NCBI GenBank assembly: GCA_964575425.1
Contig: CAZNRD010000001.1
Coordinates: 83,931 to 147,930 of the forward strand
Reading direction: 5' to 3'
DNA: 64,000 nt
DNA from: an uncultured Anaerolineaceae bacterium
Lineage (GTDB): Bacteria > Chloroflexota > Anaerolineae > Anaerolineales > E44-bin32
Below the pieces are notes generated by a model. That model worked only from the letters and a program-made list of their open reading frames with translations, was not told where the DNA came from and searched no databases. The translations under genes and the position numbers were made by a program. Positions within the stretch are counted from its first letter, which is position 1. Each line of letters opens with the position of its first letter. Positions 44,701-51,969 of the stretch are shown piece by piece.

Positions 44701-45108
44701 CCGCGTGGGAGTCGCCGTGGCCGCCGCGACGACGCGGAACGCCGCCGAGGCAGTCTGCTCAAATTCACCGCCGCCACACTCGGCGCACACGGTGATCGTG
44801 TGGTCCCCAGGCGAGGCGTCGGCCGGGATGGTGAAGCCGATGCTGAAGGCGCCGCCTATCGGGATCATGAAGTTCCGGCGGTCGACGCCATCCCAGCGAA
44901 TCGTCCCCTGGTAGCCGCCGGGGGTGTAACCGGCGCCGGTCAGCGTGACGGCGCTCCCGGGCGGGCCGCTGGAGGGCGAGACGATCAGCGTGATGGTGGG
45001 CGGCTGTGCGGCGGTCGGCCGCTGCGGGCTGGCGGCGGCGGTGAGCAGGAACGCGATGGCGAGGAAGAGCCGCGCGATGCGGCCGATGCGGAGGGTCCGG
45101 GTGGTCAT
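41788..45108 (-). CDS. Large exported, C-terminally membrane-anchored protein with IPT-like, CARDB-like and Cys-rich HExxH (putative zinc metalloprotease) regions
   Basis: 1106 aa. Signal peptide MTTRTLRIGRIARLFLAIAFLLTAAAS. SGPPGSAVTLTGAGYTPG. VDPRRVFGETDEGNNAF. VVHELGHQ within a Cys-rich block. C-terminal helix LWVVLAAGALVVMGLGLITIGLL followed by RRRPR. GGGAGG ribosome-binding site. Confidence 0.8.
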   Translation of the reverse strand: MTTRTLRIGRIARLFLAIAFLLTAAASPQRPTAAQPPTITLIVSPSSGPPGSAVTLTGAGYTPGGYQGTIRWDGVDRRNFMIPIGGAFSIGFTIPADASPGDHTITVCAECGGGEFEQTASAAFRVVAAATATPTRRPPTATPTFVPMEWEMPTACDPTGRAGEIVIDFEDFPVGADLRGVRLPQGIRLLGDDFLTVVDPTVETRSESRALLNDSRGREFGSINIPIRISFENLVDFVGVFVGLPEWVWLDRPFVATLTAYGLDDSGRRVVVARDEETLLADRDRHGALIPVPIETCLSVSAPGRIFEVTIDYNTAPGEGGVAEGEVIDNLIIRGPMVPVPVPADDLPPVVTITNPPGHALITDTFVRLDGTIVEDRELARVELWLNGALYTELGFSHLAETQYGFFLNAIPASDLVNCSGNLIEVRAWDAAGNRGASHVNFVVRAGDLEVVSAEPVQVVYGAPLIVGKGTAFRVRVNSTYPCEVEAEFRLTLPPDQWDTGAPPVPGFPSFPGWSMPDISGPATIPANAREHVVMLPYVQDRNTESAFHPTENPFGKLGVVRVVPRPSARDVSFSVEVDPRRVFGETDEGNNAFRSGPYRTETTRGVRIVFIGQVWDHDQFVEHARPGVTPGRINTLADENAFLDLLPDYAAQQMDYLLGTYPVADTKVTWRVFNTMYYRADYQADYERNTRDCWDAALEKEKGCNPCFLNLMSAMIQADEATSDAHAVAMVQPFGCCGCDWDGIAFYVEENGAPDGNVVHELGHQDIGARDCYLCTYADGSPGCKDHGDLTCESCAASEGFWVNQWQPYDESAMYYMWCVADPATIWARLERCETHEGVESSAAYRQLINRLRDAADPAAVVVRGSMTAQGTAAFSPFLRVEQAIVDLQPGAPGTHAVVFLDAAGQVLASHGFTPVFTRYMPEPEGAVPVDTYYFSFRVAWVDGIAAIELREAAGGVLASRTVSAHGPRVQLLAPNGGERWTRGSRQEVRWSGEDPDGDALSYALWISNDDGQLWMPLAIDIAGTSYRVDTDGLPVGDAYRIKVRVTDGVNTGQDVSDAVFSVQAAAEIPIPLWVVLAAGALVVMGLGLITIGLLRRRPRAAPKA

Positions 45109-45745
45109 GCCCAGGCCTCCCTATGGGGTGAGCAAGGAATGACGGCAAGAAGCGGAGACTACCGTCGCGGCTCGCCTGGCTGCGCCTATGGTGCCTGCGG
45201 GCCACAACTCGGGGATGGGAGCACCGTTCTGTTGCGGGTCGTACTCCTTGCCGTGGCACCATAGGATGATTCTGGCGCAATCTGATTCCGACGCAAGCGC
45301 GAGCCCCCGCAGCCCCACTTCAGCCCGGTATCGAACATACGTGATCCGCCCGGCATGCCATACTGATGGGCGAAACCGATCGCAGCTGCGGCTGCGCCAA
45401 AGGCTGGTGGCCGTTTCGTGCGAGTCTGCACCGCGACTACGTTCGCCACGGAACAAGACCTCTGGTGATTCGCGCCGGAGTGGTGGAGGAGCCATGGCCC
45501 GACAGGCACGCGCCGCTCGGCCTTCCGGTACACCGGGTTATCGGATCTCGTTCGGTTCTCAAGCACGGCAGACCACCGGTCTATCTGGCGGAAGCTCCTG
45601 GCCGTTCCGATCAGGTGGGTCATCCCGACGGTCTTTCTGCTGATCGGACTTCCATCGTCCGTCGTCAACCTGTTGATCTTGCTGGTTCTGGCCCTTGCAA
45701 GCTGAGAGGCCCTCGAACTCGCTGCCCCTTCCCGGCTCCCTGCCG

Positions 45746-45943
45746 TGCTATAATGCCTGTGATGCAATCTGTGACTTCAGTGGCTGGATCGCTCGTATGT
45801 GCAAGGCGCCATGTCGTCCATGCTCATCGGGGCAGAGGGACGGGCGCGTAGACCCACCCGCAGGAGTTATCAGGCTCGGGGGAAGGACGGCGTGGGCGAA
45901 ACGCCCCGCCGTCGTCATTTACTCCGCCCTCCAGGAGTGAGGC
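45746..45943 (+). promoter_or_regulatory. hisS promoter (extended -10 TGcTATAAT at 45746-45754) and about 190-nt structured leader
   Basis: The -10 box was read directly. The leader contains a 12-bp GC hairpin (45886-45913) and ACTCC (45921-45925), which is complementary to the hisS Shine-Dalgarno GGAGT (45933-45937). Confidence 0.4.
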
Positions 45944-47224
45944 ATGCCCACCATCCAGCCCGTCAAGGGCGCTCGCGACTTCTACCCTGAGGACCTCGCC
46001 TTCCGCCGCTGGCTGTACGAGGGGATCCGCGAAGTCTCCGAAGCATACGGCTACCAGGAGTTCGACGGCCCCTTCCTGGAGAAGCTCGACCTGTATGCGG
46101 CCAAGTCCGGCGAAGAGCTCGTGAAGGAGCAGTCTTTTGTCTTCCCGGACCGCGGGGGCGAGATGATTGCCCTGCGGCCGGAGCTGACACCATCCCTCGC
46201 CCGCATGGTCGCGGCCCGTAGCGCCAGCCTGCCGCGGCCTATTCGCTGGTGGTCCTTTGGGCCCTTCTGGCGCTACGAGCGGCCACAGCGCGGCCGTTCG
46301 CGCGAGTTCTTTCAGTGGAACATCGACCTGATCGGGCTTTCGAGTCCCCACGCCGACGCCGAACTTGCGAGCGTGGCGGCGTCCTTCTTCCGCCGCATCG
46401 GACTCTCACCGGAGCAGGTGCGCCTCCTGGTAAACAACCGCCGCCTAGCGGACGCGCGCCTCGACGCCATCGGTATTCCCGTCGACCGGCGCCCCGGCGT
46501 CTTCCGCATGATCGATCGGCGCGACCGGCTTTCGGCAAAGGAGTGGCAGCAGGAGGCTGCCAGACTGTCCCTGACGCCGTCACAGCTGCAGTCTGTCGAG
46601 CGCATGCTGGATGATCGCGAGGCATGGAAGGACTCCGATGAGCTTCAGACCTTCTTCGAAGCCTGCCAGGCGATGGGAACAGGGGACTACGTCGAGTTCG
46701 ATCCCAGCGTGATTCGCGGGCTGGACTACTACACCGGCACGGTCTTCGAGGCGCGCGACAAGAAGGGGGAGCTGCGCTCCGTCCTCGGTGGCGGCCGCTA
46801 CGACAACCTGGTCGCCGACGTTGGCGGGAAGCCCCTCCCGGGGGTCGGTTTTGCCATGGGCGATGTCGTCCTCGGCCTGCTGATCGAGAAGGTATCGGGA
46901 CGGCCCAGCCTGCGCCCAAGCCCCGCGGAAGTCCTGGTTGCCAACTTTGAGCCGGCACTTCAGCAGGAAAGCCTGCGATTGTCTTCCGAGCTGCGGCAGG
47001 CCGGCCTCAAGGTGGAGTGGTATCCCTTGCCTGATCGGTTGCCCAAGCAGATCAAGTACGCTGAGAAGCAGGGCATTCCCCTATTGGCCATCCTCGGCCC
47101 CGATGAGCTGGCAGCCGATGAGGTCGGCATACGCGATCTGCGCCAGCGGTCTCAGGTTCGCCTTCCCCGCAGCCAAGCAGCAAAGCACATGAGAGGGCTT
47201 CTGGATGCCACCGGCCCGACCTGA
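45944..47224 (+). CDS. hisS: Histidine--tRNA ligase
   Basis: 426 aa: GARDFYPED, class II motif 2 FWRYERPQRGRSREFFQWNID, motif 3 GGGRYDNL. Confidence 0.95.
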   Translation: MPTIQPVKGARDFYPEDLAFRRWLYEGIREVSEAYGYQEFDGPFLEKLDLYAAKSGEELVKEQSFVFPDRGGEMIALRPELTPSLARMVAARSASLPRPIRWWSFGPFWRYERPQRGRSREFFQWNIDLIGLSSPHADAELASVAASFFRRIGLSPEQVRLLVNNRRLADARLDAIGIPVDRRPGVFRMIDRRDRLSAKEWQQEAARLSLTPSQLQSVERMLDDREAWKDSDELQTFFEACQAMGTGDYVEFDPSVIRGLDYYTGTVFEARDKKGELRSVLGGGRYDNLVADVGGKPLPGVGFAMGDVVLGLLIEKVSGRPSLRPSPAEVLVANFEPALQQESLRLSSELRQAGLKVEWYPLPDRLPKQIKYAEKQGIPLLAILGPDELAADEVGIRDLRQRSQVRLPRSQAAKHMRGLLDATGPT

Positions 47225-47259
47225 GAACTCGGCGGAGGCTTGAGCCGCCCTGCGCCGCA

Positions 47260-47268
47260 TGATACAAT
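47260..47268 (+). promoter_or_regulatory. Extended -10 box TGaTACAAT upstream of tRNA-His
   Basis: CGCATGATACAATCC, 19 nt upstream of the tRNA 5' end. Confidence 0.4.
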
Positions 47269-47287
47269 CCATCAGTGAGATGACTGT

Positions 47288-47360
47288 GGTGGCTGTAGCT
47301 CAATGGCAGAGCACTTGACTGTGGATCAAGGGGTTGCGGGTTCGACCCCCGTCAGCCACC
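47288..47360 (+). tRNA. tRNA-His (anticodon GTG) with genome-encoded G-1; CCA not encoded
   Basis: Cloverleaf folded by hand: G-1, acceptor GTGGCTG/CAGCCAC, D arm GCTC..GAGC, anticodon arm CTTGA-CTGTGGA-TCAAG, T arm GCGGG-TTCGACC-CCCGT, discriminator C. Confidence 0.9.
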
Positions 47361-47363
47361 CTC

Positions 47364-47395
47364 GGCCCCGGCCCTGCCGGGGCCTTTGCTTTCTT
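47364..47395 (+). terminator. Rho-independent terminator after tRNA-His
   Basis: GGCCCCGG-CCCTG-CCGGGGCC followed by TTTGCTTTCTT. It sits in the convergent gap with cydC. Confidence 0.6.
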
Positions 47396-47405
47396 GAGGG
47401 TCCCT

Positions 47406-49166
47406 TCAGGCTGCCTCGTCGAGAGCCTCCCACGCCTGTCGCTGCGCCATCCAGAGCCTGCGGTAGACGCCAGCCTGCTGGAGCAGCTCGACATGTCTCC
47501 CCCTCTCAATGACCTGCCCGCGGTCCATCACAAGGATCTCATCCATCGCGTCCAGACCCAACAGGCGGTGGGTGATCCACAAGAGGGTCCTCCCTTCCGC
47601 CGCCGAGAGCAGCGCCTCGATGAGGCGCTGCTCTGAGAGACTATCCAGGTGCGCCGTCGGCTCGTCGAGCATGAGCAGTGGGGCATCGCGCAGCAGCGCG
47701 CGCGCAATTGCCAGCCGCTGGCGCTCTCCACCGCTCAATCGCATTCCGTGTTCGCCGATCCAGGTGTCATAGCCGTGTGGAAGCCTCGCAATGAACTCCT
47801 CGGCTCCTGCGCATCGTGCGGCCTCCGACAGATCCTTCTCCGACGCGCTCGGCCGAGCCAGCAGCAGATTCCCACGCACCGTGCCATCGAACAGGTAGAC
47901 CTCCTGCGGGACCACTGCGAACTTGCTTCGTGCTTCTTCTGCAGCCAGCGCGCGAAGGTCGACTCCGTTGAGCCGGATCTCCCCCTTCTCATAGTCCCAG
48001 AATCGCAGCAGCAGTCGCACGAGCGTCGACTTCCCCGCCCCGCTCGGACCGACGATTGCCACACGGCCGCCCCGCCTCACCGAGAACGTGACGTCCTGAA
48101 GCACCGGCCCCCCCTCTGGCGAGTAGGAGAACGTCAGGTGCTCCACATCCAATGAGAGGCCGCCTGGTAGCTCAGGAAGAGGCTGCGGCAGCGCCGGGTC
48201 GACGACGATGCGGGGGATATCGACCACCGTTAACACCCGACCCGCCGCCGCGGCCGTCCCTTCGAGCGAGAGCGCGGCGGTCGGCACTGCCGAAACCGAC
48301 TCGAAGGCAGCCAGGCCGCCCAGGGCGATGGCCGCCAGGTGGACCCCATCCATGCGATCCTGACTGACCAGCGCGACGCCTATCGCCAGCAGGCCCCCCA
48401 TCGTCAAGTTCCCCAGAAGCGAGACTCCGGCAATCTGCAGTGCCTGCCAGAAGCTGAGCCGCCGCTGTGCAGCGGCGAAGTCGGCCTCGACCCGCGCCAG
48501 GCGCGCTCGCCACCGATGCTCCGCCCCGAAGGCAACCAGGTCTGCCAGCCCTTGCACCCACTCCGTCAGGTCTCCATGGAACCGCCCCCGCAGCGCCACG
48601 TGACGTGCTGCTGCCTCACCCGCACGCAGACGGGTCACCACAAATGGCAGCAAGCCCGCCAGTGCCAGGCCGATGAGGAGGACCATCGACAGCGAGCCTT
48701 CGAACAAGGCAAGGCCCAGCACCGCGCCGCTCCCCACGAGTATGGTGACGGCAGGCGGCGCCAGGGCCCGCGCAACCACATCCTGCAGCCCTTCCAGGTC
48801 AGAAGCCGCCAGTGCCAGCACGTCTCCGCCGCGCTGCTCCTGGAGCCCGGCGGGTGCCAGCGGCTCGATGGCCTCGTAGAACCACGTGCGGAGCCGGGCC
48901 ACAAGCTCGAGGCTCGCTGCATGTGAGGCGGTCCGCTCAAGGTAGCGCAGCACCCCGCGCGCCAGACCGAAGAAACGTACGCTTACAATCGAAACACCCA
49001 GGTCTGCGATCGACGGCTTCAGCGCAGCGGCGGAGATCAGGTAGGCCGACGTGGCAAGCAGCCCGATGCCGCTCCCGACCGTCGCCGCGCCCAAGACCAG
49101 CGCTAAGAGCACACCGCCAACTCGAGGACCAGCCGCGCGCAGCAGACGGCAGAGGGCGCGCATCAC
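47406..49166 (-). CDS. cydC: Thiol reductant ABC exporter subunit CydC
   Basis: 586 aa with 6-TM and ABC ATPase domains (GPSGAGKST, LSGGERQR, LLMLDEPT). Second ABC gene downstream of cydAB. 4-nt overlap with cydD. Confidence 0.8.
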   Translation of the reverse strand: MMRALCRLLRAAGPRVGGVLLALVLGAATVGSGIGLLATSAYLISAAALKPSIADLGVSIVSVRFFGLARGVLRYLERTASHAASLELVARLRTWFYEAIEPLAPAGLQEQRGGDVLALAASDLEGLQDVVARALAPPAVTILVGSGAVLGLALFEGSLSMVLLIGLALAGLLPFVVTRLRAGEAAARHVALRGRFHGDLTEWVQGLADLVAFGAEHRWRARLARVEADFAAAQRRLSFWQALQIAGVSLLGNLTMGGLLAIGVALVSQDRMDGVHLAAIALGGLAAFESVSAVPTAALSLEGTAAAAGRVLTVVDIPRIVVDPALPQPLPELPGGLSLDVEHLTFSYSPEGGPVLQDVTFSVRRGGRVAIVGPSGAGKSTLVRLLLRFWDYEKGEIRLNGVDLRALAAEEARSKFAVVPQEVYLFDGTVRGNLLLARPSASEKDLSEAARCAGAEEFIARLPHGYDTWIGEHGMRLSGGERQRLAIARALLRDAPLLMLDEPTAHLDSLSEQRLIEALLSAAEGRTLLWITHRLLGLDAMDEILVMDRGQVIERGRHVELLQQAGVYRRLWMAQRQAWEALDEAA

Positions 49167-50893
49167 GCCCCCTCGCCGTACGGCCGCAGCAGGCGCGCGT
49201 AAAGCCCGCCAGCCTGCCAGAGGTCGTGATGCGTGCCGATCTCAACCACGCGCCCGCCGGAAAGCACCACGACCTGGTCGGCGCGATGGACCGTGTTCAG
49301 CCGATGCGCGATGATGAGCGAGGTCCGACCCTGCATCAGGGCCTGTGTGGCCTCGCGCAGGCTGACCTCAAGCTCAGGGTCGACTTGCGATGTCGGCTCA
49401 TCCAGGATCAGGAGCGGCGCATCCTTGAGGAACGCGCGTGCCAGTGCCAGGCGCTGCGCCTGACCCCCGCTCAACCGAGCGCCCGCCTCGCCGATCTCGG
49501 TGTCGTAGCCTTCCGCCAGCGAGACGACCCAATCGTGGAGATGCGCCTTCTTGGCGGCGTGAACCATCTGCTCGAACCGGACATCCGGGCGCGCCAACCG
49601 CAGGTTTTCGCCCACCGTGCCTCGGAAGAGGGAAGGCTTCTGCGGCACCCAGGACACCCCGGCTCGCCACACATCCGCAGGAATCTCTCGCAGCGGCTGA
49701 CCATCCACGAGGATCTCGCCTGACTGTGCCTCCACGAAACGGAGCAGCAGCGCGACAACCGTAGACTTGCCTGCCCCCGTCGGGCCGACGAGCGCGACGC
49801 ACGAACCGGCCGGCACCACAAAGGACACACCATTGAGCGCTGGACGGCCTCGCTCATAGGCATACCTCACGTCGCGCATCTCCAACTCCCGCCGCATGAT
49901 CCGAGGCTCCAACCCGCGCACAACCGCGACTGGATGGACTTCGGGCTCGGCCTGCAGCACATCGAAGATGCGTTCCGCCGCCGACAGCCCGCTCGCTCGG
50001 GCGTGGAACCGGCTGCCGAGCGCCTTCAGCGGCAGGTAGAACTCCGGAGCGAGAATCAGGACGAGCAGCCCCTCGTAGAAGGCAAGGCGGCCATACAGGA
50101 GCCGCAGGCCCACCTGGACGGCGACCAGCGCCACGCTGATCGTGGCTGCCATCTCCACCGCCAGCGCCGAGAGGAACGCGACGCGCAGCAGGGACATCGT
50201 CGCCCGCCGATATTCCCCTCCCGCTCTGGCAACCACACCGGCCTGCTCCCGACCACGGCCGAGCATCTTCAGCGTCGCCAAACCCTGAACGACATCCAGG
50301 AAGTGCGCCCCGAGCCGGCTCAGCACCCCATACTGGTGTCGCGCCAGGGCGTCGGCCGCCTGCCCGATCAGAGCCGCAAACACCGGCAGGAGAGGAGCAG
50401 TGAGCAGAAGAATCAAGGCGGAGAGCGGATCCCGCGGAAGCACTGCGGCCAGAATGAGGGCCGGGACCACGGCGGCCGTAACCAGTTGAGGCAGATACTG
50501 GCGGAAGTAGCCGTCGAGTCGGTCCACACCTTCGACCGCTGCCATGGCCAGCTCGCCGCTCCGCTGACCTCGGGCGTAGGCCGGCCCAAGCCACAGCAAG
50601 TGGTCCAACAACGCGCGCCGCACCCTCGACTGCACACGTATCGACAGCTCACCTGCGACGACCTCGCCCGCAAGCCCGGCCGCTGCCCGCGCGGCTGCGG
50701 CCACCAGCAGGGCCACCCATGCCGTGCTCATGGCAGCGAGAGGTGTTCGCTCCAGGAAGGCGCGCTCGATGATTCGACTCAAGACGGTCGCTTGCGCGAC
50801 CGTCAGCACCCCCAGGCTCCCCGCGCACGCCAGCGTCAGCGCAGCCAGATGCCCGTGGCCGCGCAGGAAGCCCAGGAAACGGCGGTCGATCAT
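49163..50893 (-). CDS. cydD: Thiol reductant ABC exporter subunit CydD
   Basis: 576 aa with TM and ABC ATPase domains (GPTGAGKST, LSGGQAQR, LLILDEPT). Confidence 0.8.
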   Translation of the reverse strand: MIDRRFLGFLRGHGHLAALTLACAGSLGVLTVAQATVLSRIIERAFLERTPLAAMSTAWVALLVAAAARAAAGLAGEVVAGELSIRVQSRVRRALLDHLLWLGPAYARGQRSGELAMAAVEGVDRLDGYFRQYLPQLVTAAVVPALILAAVLPRDPLSALILLLTAPLLPVFAALIGQAADALARHQYGVLSRLGAHFLDVVQGLATLKMLGRGREQAGVVARAGGEYRRATMSLLRVAFLSALAVEMAATISVALVAVQVGLRLLYGRLAFYEGLLVLILAPEFYLPLKALGSRFHARASGLSAAERIFDVLQAEPEVHPVAVVRGLEPRIMRRELEMRDVRYAYERGRPALNGVSFVVPAGSCVALVGPTGAGKSTVVALLLRFVEAQSGEILVDGQPLREIPADVWRAGVSWVPQKPSLFRGTVGENLRLARPDVRFEQMVHAAKKAHLHDWVVSLAEGYDTEIGEAGARLSGGQAQRLALARAFLKDAPLLILDEPTSQVDPELEVSLREATQALMQGRTSLIIAHRLNTVHRADQVVVLSGGRVVEIGTHHDLWQAGGLYARLLRPYGEGA

Positions 50894-50919
50894 CGCGGCA
50901 GGAGGCCAGGCGACGAGCC

Positions 50920-51954
50920 TCAGTAGGTCAGGTCCTCCACTCTGGGCAGAATGCGCTTGCGAAAGACCCAGTACGACCAGGCCTGGTAGGCGAGCACGAA
51001 GGGCAGCAGGGCTAGGGCAACAATCGTCATCACGCGCAGAGTGTAGGCGCCGGAGGCTGCGTTGTAGATGGTCAGGCTATATGCTGGGTCGAGGCTCGAC
51101 ACGAGAACCCGCGGGTACAGGATGAGGAACAGGGTTGCGACGAAGAGGATGATCGCCAGGGAGGTCCCGGCGAAGGCCCAGCCGTGCCGCCGGGAATGAA
51201 TGAGAAGGCCGCTTGCCACGACGGCGAGCGCCACAGCCACGGCAACAACCACCGCGCCTGGGGCGGGTCGGGAAAGGATGTCCGTGGCGAAGCAGGTTGC
51301 GATGAGGAAGCCGAGCACACTAATGGCGCTGAGCGGCCAGAGCCGCCGCGCCGCACCTCGGGCAGCATCGGCAAGCTCGCCAGTTGTCTTCAGCGCCAGG
51401 AAGAGGGAACCGTGGAAGGTGAAGGTAAGCAGGACCGTCAGTCCCCCGAGCAGTGCGTAGGGGCCAAGCAAGTCGCGCAGCCCGCCGATGAAGGTCATGT
51501 TGGAGTCGATGGGTACGCCGCGCACGATGTTGGCGAAGGCCACGCCGAGCAGGAAGGCGGCCGCCACGCTGCCGACGAAGGCAGCCCCATCCCACAGGGC
51601 GCGCCAGCGGGGGTGTTCGTCCTTGCTGCGAAACTCGAAGGCGGTGCCCCGCAGGATCAGGGACAGGAGCAGCAAGAAGAGAGGCAGGTAGAAACCGCTG
51701 AACAACGTGGCGTACCAATGAGGGAAGGCTGCGAAGGTCGCTCCCCCCGCTGTCACAAGCCAGACCTCGTTGCCGTCCCAATGCGGGCCAACCGTGTTCA
51801 ACAACACCCGGCGTCGAGTGTCATCCTTGCCCAGGAAAGGGAGCAGGATTCCCACGCCGAAATCGAATCCCTCAAGAACGAAGAAGCCTGCGTAGAGGAT
51901 GGCGATCAGGCCGAACCACAGGATATTGAGGTCCATCTCCTGCCTCCGCGTCAA
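50920..51954 (-). CDS. cydB: Cytochrome bd ubiquinol oxidase subunit II
   Basis: 344 aa: LNILWFGLIAILYAGFFVLEGFDFGVGILLPFLGK...WDGNEVWL. Confidence 0.9.
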   Translation of the reverse strand: MTRRQEMDLNILWFGLIAILYAGFFVLEGFDFGVGILLPFLGKDDTRRRVLLNTVGPHWDGNEVWLVTAGGATFAAFPHWYATLFSGFYLPLFLLLLSLILRGTAFEFRSKDEHPRWRALWDGAAFVGSVAAAFLLGVAFANIVRGVPIDSNMTFIGGLRDLLGPYALLGGLTVLLTFTFHGSLFLALKTTGELADAARGAARRLWPLSAISVLGFLIATCFATDILSRPAPGAVVVAVAVALAVVASGLLIHSRRHGWAFAGTSLAIILFVATLFLILYPRVLVSSLDPAYSLTIYNAASGAYTLRVMTIVALALLPFVLAYQAWSYWVFRKRILPRVEDLTY

Positions 51955-51969
51955 CCAGGTCTGACATGC

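Noticed and set aside
45466-45468. In-frame TGA preceding the membrane-helix-like frame, considered as a selenocysteine codon because selB is present.
   Set aside because: I could not fold a convincing SECIS-type hairpin immediately downstream. The flanking peptide resembles no known selenoprotein. The frame also lacks a start codon and has further stops upstream.
45538-45545. Second copy of the recombinase-site arm (TCCGATAA, reverse strand), considered as a partner recombination site.
   Set aside because: It is only an 8-mer match, which is expected about twice by chance in 64 kb on both strands. It has no arm-spacer-arm structure and lies 39 kb away.
45845-45861. Possible T-box element in the hisS leader.
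   Set aside because: I found no match to the conserved T-box sequence (GGGTGGTACCGCG-like) on the sense strand. The only vague resemblance (GCGGGTGGGTCTACGCG) is on the antisense strand, which cannot serve hisS. It should still be tested with a covariance model.
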